From positions 1 to 45,422 of the IMG/VR virus record IMGVR_UViG_3300037851_000590: a stretch of 45,422 nucleotides of DNA; one strand, written 5' to 3'. A model generated the notes under the pieces. It saw nothing but the letters and a program-made list of their open reading frames with translations, searched no databases and was not told the DNA's origin. Source of the stretch: a virus. Taxonomy: Duplodnaviria > Caudoviricetes. The position numbers and the translations under genes were made by a program. Positions 36,297 to 43,138 of this stretch are shown here, in pieces; within the stretch, counting starts at the first letter, position 1, and the number at the start of each line of letters is the position of its first letter.

Positions 36297-37748
36297 TCAG
36301 AACCAGTCCGTGCAGGTCTGTTCGATTCCTGTTCCCGAATTGCACATACGGCAGTTGCCCGTCCCGCTCAAGAACGCCGCGGGGTTGTCGGTATTGTTCG
36401 GCGTGCAGTCTTGACCGTTGCGTCCCTTGCGCTTGTACCCGCCGAACAGCAGCCAGTTCTCGACCTCGACGCGCTCGTTGTGCCCGTCGGGCCGCACCTG
36501 GCACGACGCTCGCGGCTGACCGTCGGCGTAGGGCGACAGGCCGATCGCCCGGCAGAACGGCTCCTGCCGGACCACGACCGCGGTGGAGTCGTTGTTCCCC
36601 ATCGTGTGCTTGTACGTGTTGATCTGATAGGCGGGGCGCCCCAGCTCGTTCGAGCCCCAGCCCGGGGGCAGCGTGTCTGCCGTCCAGGTCCGAATCGGGC
36701 AGGGCTCGTACGGGCAGCGCTCAGCCGGGGGCGGCGGGGTCGGTTCCGGGATCGGGTTGACCGGCCGGAACGCAGACTTGTACTGGTTCTGCGTCAGGCA
36801 GCCGTTCGTGTAGGCGAAGAGCTTCCACTCCTCGTAGACCTGCTCACCCGGGCGGCCGATCGTGAGGTGATCCGCCTTCGGGTTCGCGTCGTTCGTCCCC
36901 TGCGCCGCGACGATGCCGGCACCCTGCAGCTCGCGCGCGACGTCGCGGTACGCGTTGTCGATGCCGGCGACGCCGAGCATCAGGCACTGGTCGTTGGCCC
37001 ACGCGGCGCCGCACGCCTGCTGCGCCTTCTTGATCGCGGCAGCTACCGCCGTACGCAGCGTACTCGTTTGATCCACGCCGTCGCTCGTCCACTCGTCGTC
37101 ACTCAGCACCGGCGGCGTCAGCTCGGGGTTCAGGTCGCTCTGGCAGTACGGCTTCGGCGGCTGAGTCGGCTGGCAGCCCTTCGCGGGGTCCGTGCACTGC
37201 TGCCCGGACGGACAGGTCGCGGGACAGGTCGGCGCGACGGGCGCGCAGACGTTGTTCGTGCAGGTGTTCCCGGTAGAACATGCGAGCAGCACCCAGTCCT
37301 GGCCGGGCGGCTGAACCCAGCACCCGCAATTCTGATTCGGCTGGCAGACCGGCTCGTGAGCCGGGGGCTTCACCACGCAAACCGAGCCCTGCGCTGTGTC
37401 CTTGCACTCCTGACCTTCGGCGCAGGTCACCCCGCCGTTGGCGCAGGTCGGAGGCGGGGGCGGCGGGACGTACGTACCGCATCCAGCGACGCGATACGCC
37501 AGCGCGAGTGCGGTGCACTCGTTCGACGACCCCGCAGCGCACGCCTGGTCCGCAGAGGCCTTGAGACTCGCGCAGCGGCCCGGGTCTGGGGTGGACGCGC
37601 AGCCATACAGCGCGAACAGCATCACCGCTCCCGCGAGCCCCGCCAGGGCGCGAACAACCATCTTCAACTTCCGATCGTTCAACTCATCGGTGAGTGGCTG
37701 TCCTTCGTTGTAAAGCACTTTAATCTCCTCGGCGCTCAGAAGGCGCAT
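36297..37748 (-). CDS. Cys/Pro-rich exported lipoprotein
   Basis: Hydrophobic segment with lipobox-like LYGC; many Cys pairs. Confidence 0.7.
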   Translation of the reverse strand: MRLLSAEEIKVLYNEGQPLTDELNDRKLKMVVRALAGLAGAVMLFALYGCASTPDPGRCASLKASADQACAAGSSNECTALALAYRVAGCGTYVPPPPPPTCANGGVTCAEGQECKDTAQGSVCVVKPPAHEPVCQPNQNCGCWVQPPGQDWVLLACSTGNTCTNNVCAPVAPTCPATCPSGQQCTDPAKGCQPTQPPKPYCQSDLNPELTPPVLSDDEWTSDGVDQTSTLRTAVAAAIKKAQQACGAAWANDQCLMLGVAGIDNAYRDVARELQGAGIVAAQGTNDANPKADHLTIGRPGEQVYEEWKLFAYTNGCLTQNQYKSAFRPVNPIPEPTPPPPAERCPYEPCPIRTWTADTLPPGWGSNELGRPAYQINTYKHTMGNNDSTAVVVRQEPFCRAIGLSPYADGQPRASCQVRPDGHNERVEVENWLLFGGYKRKGRNGQDCTPNNTDNPAAFLSGTGNCRMCNSGTGIEQTCTDWF

Positions 37749-37960
37749 CAGGCGAGTGTCAACTTCGACTTGGGCTCCCCGAACTTCTCTTCGAGGGACG
37801 CGTATGACTCTCGGATCGGCATGGGCGGGAACCCGGGGAGGAGCAAGTTCAGATGCCCTACGATGACATGTCCTTGCTGGTCGCGAGCAGGGATCGCGAC
37901 GCCGACGCCCGGGATCGCCAGGGCTTCGGCGCCGTCCGCCATGGTAATTCGTGCGGGTCT
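37748..37960 (-). CDS. small hypothetical protein
   Basis: GGGAGG upstream of a GTG at about 37963; start uncertain. Confidence 0.4.
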   Translation of the reverse strand, partial: RPARITMADGAEALAIPGVGVAIPARDQQGHVIVGHLNLLLPGFPPMPIRESYASLEEKFGEPKSKLTLA

Positions 37961-38022
37961 CACAGAGGTAGATCCTCCCTCAGCGGGCGGAACGCCGCGG
38001 CTTGTCGCCCACTTGTGCCATT

Positions 38023-38952
38023 TCAGCTCCTCCACGCCGCGACGACACGCTTGAGCGCGGCGCGGTTGTCTTCGACTGCGGCCTTGCCGGCCGCGATCCA
38101 CTGCGCGTGAACCTTAGGATCCCGCGAGTCCATCGCCTTTACGTCATTGCCAACGCCCGACAGGTCCGACTGAAGACGAGCATAAACGCCGCCCGCACCA
38201 TCCCCACCGTCCGGGGCGTCGTAGACCGACCGCAGCACGTCGTCGCCCTCGGTGCCCTGCCCCCCGACGAAAATTCCGACGAGGGGCTTCGCCCACCCGC
38301 CGATGCCCCACCCGTTTACCTTACACGGATCGAGTGCCTCGCGGGTCTCGCCGGTCCCGAGAGAGAGCAGCGAGTGACCGCCGCAGCCGCACAGTTCCCA
38401 CGCTTCGAGCCACGCGCGATAAGCCGGGCTGTTCGCCACGACTCCGCCGTCGCAAAATCCCTGGTAGGGCTCGAAGTAGGTCGGTGCCGCGGCGGTACGG
38501 TGCGCGACATCGCGAAGCTTCAGGCCTGCCGCCTGGTGCTGATCCCAGCTCCGAAACCACACGAGCCTCCCGCCCGCAAGGTCCCAGGCGGGGACGAGTA
38601 GGTGTGGCGCGCCGCCCGGACGCGCGAACGGCGCGTCGCCTAGGACGCGCCGCAAGAGTCGTTCGAGGCCCGCCGAGTCATACTTCTGGTCGCGGAGTCC
38701 CCAGAGGGTAAGCACGCGGCGCTTCCAGCCGTTGTGAAAGATCTCCGGGATTCCGGCGAGGTACAACCGTTCGAGCTCCGCGGCCGGGACGCCGTGGACG
38801 ATAGCCGCGGCGAGGATCCCGCCAGTGCTAGTCCCCGATACGAGATCGACGTGTCTGCCGACAGGCCCCCCGAGCATGACCTCCAGCTCTTTCAGTACCT
38901 GGAGCGTCAAGAGACCGCGGCCTCCGCCGCCGTCAAGAGAGAGAACCCTCAT
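38023..38952 (-). CDS. patatin-like phospholipase
   Basis: LSLDGGGGRG, GTSTG and DGG catalytic motifs. Confidence 0.92.
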   Translation of the reverse strand: MRVLSLDGGGGRGLLTLQVLKELEVMLGGPVGRHVDLVSGTSTGGILAAAIVHGVPAAELERLYLAGIPEIFHNGWKRRVLTLWGLRDQKYDSAGLERLLRRVLGDAPFARPGGAPHLLVPAWDLAGGRLVWFRSWDQHQAAGLKLRDVAHRTAAAPTYFEPYQGFCDGGVVANSPAYRAWLEAWELCGCGGHSLLSLGTGETREALDPCKVNGWGIGGWAKPLVGIFVGGQGTEGDDVLRSVYDAPDGGDGAGGVYARLQSDLSGVGNDVKAMDSRDPKVHAQWIAAGKAAVEDNRAALKRVVAAWRS

Positions 38953-39290
38953 CCCCGGGTACCTTTTGGGAGGCCCGTGTTTGCGTGTAGGCCCGCCGCC
39001 TCACGCTCCCGCCGCACCTTAGCCGGTACGCGGATGTACTGGCCGGCCGCCCGGCGGGCCTTAGTCGCCCGCCTAAGGGCTCGCTCCGCCGCCAGACGTT
39101 CCTCACGAACTTTTTTCACGGTCTCTGTCTCATCGCCAGGGATGATACGATCCTTGAAGATCGTCTTGACGTCCGCCGAAATCTTGTTCTCGCGGGCGAG
39201 GTGGTCGAGGTCAGGAGCCGCTACTACTTTCTGGCTCGCGAGCACCTCATACTGGTTGCCCCGAAACGGGTGCCCCCGGAAATCGCCCAC
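38949..39290 (-). CDS. short GHPFRGNQ-tagged protein with PDLDHL module
   Basis: MGDFRGHPFRGNQY...APDLDHLARENKI. Confidence 0.75.
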   Translation of the reverse strand: MGDFRGHPFRGNQYEVLASQKVVAAPDLDHLARENKISADVKTIFKDRIIPGDETETVKKVREERLAAERALRRATKARRAAGQYIRVPAKVRREREAAGLHANTGLPKGTRG

Positions 39291-39291
39291 T

Positions 39292-39804
39292 TTACTCCGC
39301 GTCCTCGGTCTCGGACTTGATGCTCTGAGCTGCGCTGCTGATCGCGAGCTCCGTCGCGAGGTCCGCCGCGCGCGCTGCCAGCTGCGCGTCGGTCAGGTCC
39401 TCGTAAGGCTTCACGCCGAGCCCGCCCTTGACCTTGACGGTCTGCGGCGGCTTGCCGAAGCGGTAGGTCATGATGCAGTTGAAGACGCCGGCGGGCATCG
39501 GGGTCGCCGCAGCGCGGACCTTCTTGGCGCACTCCTCGGGGGTGATCTCCCCGCTGAGTGCCATCGAGACGAGGTGCTCCACTGTGGCTGAGTTGACGCC
39601 CTCAACCCAGCGCCAGATCATTGCCTCCCAGCGCTCGTCGTCCACGAAGGTCTTGGCGAAGCCGCGACCCTCGAGCGTCACCTTACCGCGGGCACCAGGG
39701 TTGCGACCCCTGCCCGGGCCGTTCGCGAAATTGTCGGGGTTCCCGTCCGGGTTCCCGCCGATGCCGGTCATGTTTGCCAAGCGGAAGACCTCCCTCGAGC
39801 TCAA
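39292..39804 (-). CDS. terminase small subunit-like (DUF5681-like) protein
   Basis: GNP..F..GPGRGRNPGARGK, YRFGKPPQ, C-terminal LTDAQL; first gene after a promoter. Confidence 0.55.
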   Translation of the reverse strand: MSSREVFRLANMTGIGGNPDGNPDNFANGPGRGRNPGARGKVTLEGRGFAKTFVDDERWEAMIWRWVEGVNSATVEHLVSMALSGEITPEECAKKVRAAATPMPAGVFNCIMTYRFGKPPQTVKVKGGLGVKPYEDLTDAQLAARAADLATELAISSAAQSIKSETEDAE

Positions 39805-39831
39805 GCGCCGGAGGCGCGAACTCCCACTTAC

Positions 39832-39843
39832 GCATTATACCAC
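39832..39843 (-). promoter_or_regulatory. extended -10 promoter (TGGTATAAT) upstream of the TerS-like gene
   Basis: GTGGTATAATGC, identical to 16544..16555. Confidence 0.6.
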
Positions 39844-39858
39844 AATCACCACTTGGAT

Positions 39859-39928
39859 TGGCAGGGAGCCCGGGTGTCGATCCCGGCCGGCAGGCTTCAA
39901 AGGCCCGCGTGCTCGCCGGAGGCCCCCG
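39859..39928 (-). tRNA. degenerate tRNA-Gln(TTG)-like
   Basis: CCA end, anticodon loop CTTTGAA, atypical T-loop and shrunken D-arm. Confidence 0.5.
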
Positions 39929-39933
39929 GGAGA

Positions 39934-40007
39934 TGGAGGAGCGTGAGGGAATCGAACCCTCGTAGCAGGGGTTGCAATCCTGCGCCTCGCCACTGGGCTA
40001 ACGCTCC
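39934..40007 (-). tRNA. tRNA-Cys(GCA)
   Basis: Cloverleaf, GTTCGA T-loop, U73, CCA. Confidence 0.9.
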
Positions 40008-40157
40008 GTACGACTGACTGCTCAGTTCGGGTTCAGCAGCTCTTCTTCAGCAGCTCTTCTTCTTCTTCTTCATCTTCATGGCGACCTCCGAGTGGAATGA
40101 GGCCCGATGCAAGTCGCTCTTCCCCTCCCGCTCGGGCCAACACGGGAGCGTGCGATC

Positions 40158-40661
40158 TTAGGCGGCGACCTTCGGACGACGAGACGCCTTCACGTTCAGC
40201 ACGCGAACCACGTGGTCGGCCGCGTGCGTCGCGCACCACGAGTCGGGCTTGATGACGGCCGTGAATCCCTGCCCCAGCGCGAGGCCCACGAGTTCCTGGA
40301 CGTACTTCGAGGACATATGCTTTTCGCTCGGGTTCGCGTCGATGTGGATCGTGAGCTGCCCCTTGACGAGAGGCGACAACTCCATACCGAGTTCGACGCT
40401 CTTCCAGACCTCCTTGAGCAGCCGCTCGCGGAGCGAGGTGATCCGAGACACAACGTCCTGGACGTACGCTGCGCGCCCGCCGCTGTGATGCGTAAGGACG
40501 GCGACAACCGTGACGAACCGAGTCTCTCGCCCGCACTGCAGCGAGTCGGTCCCGATGTGGACGACCTCGCCGCGTGCGCTGGCATCCGCGACGTACTCGC
40601 GGATGTCGACCGGCACGCCCGAGACCGTGCGCCACTGCTTTCGTTTGTCACCGTCTCCCAT
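40158..40661 (-). CDS. YkuK/DUF458 RNase H-like protein
   Basis: HIGTDSLQ...FVTVVAV...RERLLKEVWKS...IHID...KPDSWCATHAADH. Confidence 0.85.
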   Translation of the reverse strand: MGDGDKRKQWRTVSGVPVDIREYVADASARGEVVHIGTDSLQCGRETRFVTVVAVLTHHSGGRAAYVQDVVSRITSLRERLLKEVWKSVELGMELSPLVKGQLTIHIDANPSEKHMSSKYVQELVGLALGQGFTAVIKPDSWCATHAADHVVRVLNVKASRRPKVAA

Positions 40662-40688
40662 GTCCTACCTCCGAGGACGATTGTAGCA

Positions 40689-40762
40689 TGGCGGAGAGCC
40701 TCGGATTCGAACCGAGCAGGCCCGGGTTCAAGCCGGGCCGACGTCCCTGCGTGCAGCTCTCC
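40689..40762 (-). tRNA. tRNA-Ser(TGA), short variable arm
   Basis: Loop CTTGAAC, G73, CCA; variable region about 4 nt. Confidence 0.75.
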
Positions 40763-40770
40763 AAAAGTGT

Positions 40771-40843
40771 TGGCGGAGGGTCGGGGATTTGAACCCCGCC
40801 GTCGCGGGTTCGGGCCGCGATCCTGTTCCAACAAGTACCCTCC
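40771..40843 (-). tRNA. tRNA-Ser(CGA), short variable arm, C33
   Basis: Loop CCCGAAC, G73, CCA. Confidence 0.7.
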
Positions 40844-40844
40844 G

Positions 40845-40916
40845 TGGCGGCGGGTCCGGGAGTCGAACCCGGTGGACGAGGCTTCCAACCCCGTCTTCGT
40901 CCAACGAGCACCCGCC
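40845..40916 (-). tRNA. tRNA-Ser(GGA), short variable arm
   Basis: Loop TTGGAAG, G73, CCA. Confidence 0.7.
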
Positions 40917-40922
40917 TGAGAT

Positions 40923-41009
40923 TGGCGGAGGAGGCGAGACTCGAACTCGCGAAGCCCGAGGGCTTCCAGTTTAGCAAACTGGTGAGGTCCCTGCTCCCTC
41001 ATCTCCTCC
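40923..41009 (-). tRNA. tRNA-Ser(GCT), long variable arm
   Basis: Loop TTGCTAA; variable arm AAGCCCTCGGGCTT. Confidence 0.88.
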
Positions 41010-41010
41010 G

Positions 41011-41097
41011 TAGACGCGCGTGGTGCTGCCCCACGTTCTGGGCCCGATCTGGGCGAGGGTTTATAAGGCCCCCTGAGAAGCTGTCCTCCCCGCGTCC
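41011..41097 (-). tRNA. atypical tRNA-Ile(TAT)-like, no encoded CCA
   Basis: Acceptor GGACGCG/CGCGTCT, loop CTTATAA, T-arm CGTGG-GGCAGCA-CCACG. Confidence 0.5.
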
Positions 41098-41270
41098 GAC
41101 TGAAAGCACTCGGGACACGTGCCGTCGCGGCACGGGTCGCTTGCCCGCTCGCGGAGCCTCAAGTCGCGCCTACTGGGCTTCGGATCGTTCGGACAGTGAC
41201 GAAGTAGAACGTCGTGATAAGAGACAGTAACCGCCACGCATGTAACCGTCGTGCACGATCACCTCGAAGT

Positions 41271-41345
41271 TGGAGGCCACGTCCGGACTCGAACCGGAAA
41301 GGTCGGCGTTAGAAGCACCGATGAGAGTCCATCCCCCGCGTGGCC
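41271..41345 (-). tRNA. tRNA-Arg(TCT)
   Basis: Loop CTTCTAA, CCA. Confidence 0.8.
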
Positions 41346-41350
41346 GAGCT

Positions 41351-41425
41351 TGGAAGCGCTGCCGGGAGTCGAACCCGGGACAGCCGCGTTAGGACCGCGG
41401 CACTCTTCCGCTGAGTTACAGCGCC
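41351..41425 (-). tRNA. tRNA-Arg(CCT)
   Basis: Loop GTCCTAA, CCA. Confidence 0.85.
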
Positions 41426-41432
41426 GTGAGAC

Positions 41433-41507
41433 TGGAGGTCCGCCAGGGAGTCGAACCCTGCTCTGCCGGCGTTCGTAGCACCGGTGCCTCTCCGCAGGCT
41501 GCGGACC
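41433..41507 (-). tRNA. tRNA-Arg(ACG)
   Basis: Loop CTACGAA, CCA. Confidence 0.85.
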
Positions 41508-41514
41508 AGATCGT

Positions 41515-41964
41515 TTACCAGGAAGCGTCTAGGGCGCGGCGCACGACTGTCACCACCATCGTGCTGGTTCCCGTACTGCGGGCCGCGGTCACCTCGCCGT
41601 ACCACTCGTCGCCTGAGATCGTAATCTCCGAGTTAGGCGCCAGCCGGTGCGTCCAACTGGAATCAGACGCCCCCGCCCCGTACTTCACGTAGACGACTGC
41701 GCCCGAGTCGTTCGCCAGCACGAGGTACCGCCGCGCGGCGTCAACGTCGACGAGCCGGGTTGACGTCGACCCGACCGTTACGGGGAACACCTCACCACCC
41801 GGACCGTCGCGTCGACGGCTCAGCAAGCAGGCCAGCGCGTCGCCATGAACCCTCGGATAAGACGTCGTTCGACCGTCGGCAGAGTCCTGAGTCGGGCGAT
41901 CTCGATGGCACTCGCCGTAACCGCCCTCGATCGGGAAGAAGAACACGCAGTCGCTCATTCTCAT
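41515..41964 (-). CDS. hypothetical protein within the tRNA array (C-terminal beta-sandwich-like part may be a separate gene)
   Basis: RRYLVLANDSGAVVYV...LAPNSEITI. Confidence 0.5.
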   Translation of the reverse strand: MRMSDCVFFFPIEGGYGECHRDRPTQDSADGRTTSYPRVHGDALACLLSRRRDGPGGEVFPVTVGSTSTRLVDVDAARRYLVLANDSGAVVYVKYGAGASDSSWTHRLAPNSEITISGDEWYGEVTAARSTGTSTMVVTVVRRALDASW

Positions 41965-42062
41965 GATGAGCCTCCGCGGCTACGCCCCTTGACGAGCCTT
42001 GCTGCTTCCGCTGCCCGCGTTGACGGGCGGGATATCCAGTCCTGGTGCTGATTCCTTCGAAA

Positions 42063-42138
42063 TGGAGCACTCGGCGGGACTTGAACCCACGACCTTCGCC
42101 TTCGGAGGGCGGCGCTCTTCCATCTGAGCTACGAGTGC
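42063..42138 (-). tRNA. tRNA-Arg(CCG)
   Basis: Loop CTCCGAA, canonical arms. Confidence 0.9.
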
Positions 42139-42144
42139 TGATTT

Positions 42145-42219
42145 TGGTAGGGATACTGGGACTCGAACCCAGACCAACAGCTTGAAAGGCTGTCCGCCTG
42201 ACCGTTAGCGTATATCCCC
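42145..42219 (-). tRNA. tRNA-Glu(TTC)
   Basis: Loop CTTTCAA. Confidence 0.88.
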
Positions 42220-42232
42220 AAAGAACGAAATT

Positions 42233-42389
42233 GCAGAGCGCCCGCCGCGTCGAGGCGCGAGCGCCTCGACGAGTGCGGTTTCCGCCTCCGGCAAGGGATG
42301 GCCACCCCACCCGGGATTTCCTACGGCGAACGATTTACCCTCAGACGGTAGGTGGCCGTGCGAGGCTGTCGTCCCTTAGCGCGCTCTGC
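42233..42389 (-). ncRNA. unassigned multi-stem RNA
   Basis: Nested helices GCAGAGCGC/GCGCTCTGC, AAGGGA/TCCCTT and GGCCACC/GGTGGCC, plus a GAAA tetraloop hairpin. Confidence 0.5.
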
Positions 42390-42451
42390 TGTAGCAGTAG
42401 AACTACGTGGGATCCGGACGTGTGCCCGGTTCCGTCGCTCCCACGACGAGT

Positions 42452-42527
42452 TGGAGCCAGCGACCCGGATCGAACGGGCTGCCTCCCGCTTACAAGGCGG
42501 GCGCGCTACCCTCAGCGCAGCGCTGGC
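42452..42527 (-). tRNA. tRNA-Thr(TGT)
   Basis: Loop CTTGTAA. Confidence 0.85.
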
Positions 42528-42533
42528 GGGAAT

Positions 42534-42616
42534 TGGTGGACCTTCCGACCCTAGCGCATCAGCTCCGATTGCGAACTAAGGTCGGTCTTTAACCGCGCGG
42601 GGCTCGCGGTTGGCCC
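42534..42616 (-). ncRNA. CCA-ended three-way-junction RNA (not a tRNA)
   Basis: GGGCC/GGTCC-A-CCA closing stem plus two hairpins. Confidence 0.5.
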
Positions 42617-42622
42617 GTAGAG

Positions 42623-42999
42623 TGGTGGAGGCGGCGGGAGTTGAACCCGCGTCCGAAAGTGTGCGGCACGGCGGTCGACAGGCTTAGGTTGACGGGCTTT
42701 AGCGCGAGTACCCGCCGCGAGGCTTGCTAGGATGCCACTCAATAGGCTAGTCAAGTCACGCTCGCCCTCTGCGCCGATCAAGAGGTGATCGGTCCTTCAC
42801 GCGATCGGCCGTGTGACGCTCGCTCCCGCGTTGCCGATCAGTTTGCCGGCGGGGCGAGCGGCTAGCGGGCTGTTAGGCCGCTAGCGGCAGGGATTCGGAT
42901 TCTGCGTTTATTGTTGCTCGCCGAGATTTAGGTGACTGGCGAACGAGTCACCGCCTGCACGCCGAGTCGCGACGCTCCCGTCGAGACCGGTACGCCCCC
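42623..42999 (-). ncRNA. ssrA: tmRNA
   Basis: GGGGGCG...CGCCTCC-A-CCA acceptor with G3.U70, T-arm GCGGGTTCAACTCCCGC, tag ORF (A)AESESLPLAA* after ATAAAC. Confidence 0.93.
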
Positions 43000-43005
43000 G
43001 GAAGG

Positions 43006-43131
43006 TGGTGGGGTAACGGGCTCTCTCAGCCCGGGTCCGTATCGACGGTGGTTGCTCCGGCGGCGCCGCCTCGGCCCCTTTCGTCCTTGCGCCCGTTTCA
43101 GGCGCGGCAGCAGGATTATCCTGCTTACCCC
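43006..43131 (-). ncRNA. CCA-ended tRNA-mimic RNA (126 nt)
   Basis: 7-bp acceptor GGGGTAA/TTACCCC-A-CCA, T-arm CGGGC-TGAGAGA-GCCCG, extra hairpins, no anticodon arm. Confidence 0.6.
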
Positions 43132-43138
43132 ATTGAAG

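Noticed and set aside
38023-38952. Patatin as a CBASS CapV effector
   Set aside because: There is no CD-NTase or other CBASS gene in the window, and the context is a phage late region.
39859-39928. Possible opal/Sec tRNA (TCA visible on the plus strand)
   Set aside because: The CCA end and T-arm place the gene on the minus strand, giving anticodon TTG.
41271-41345. Possible amber suppressor (CTA) reading of the anticodon loop
   Set aside because: Stem pairing centres the loop on CTTCTAA, which gives TCT (Arg). The CTA register does not pair.
42300-42360. Hammerhead ribozyme core (CTGAG...GAAA) in the unassigned RNA
   Set aside because: The sequence is CTGAGGG rather than CUGAnGA, and the helix arrangement does not fit.
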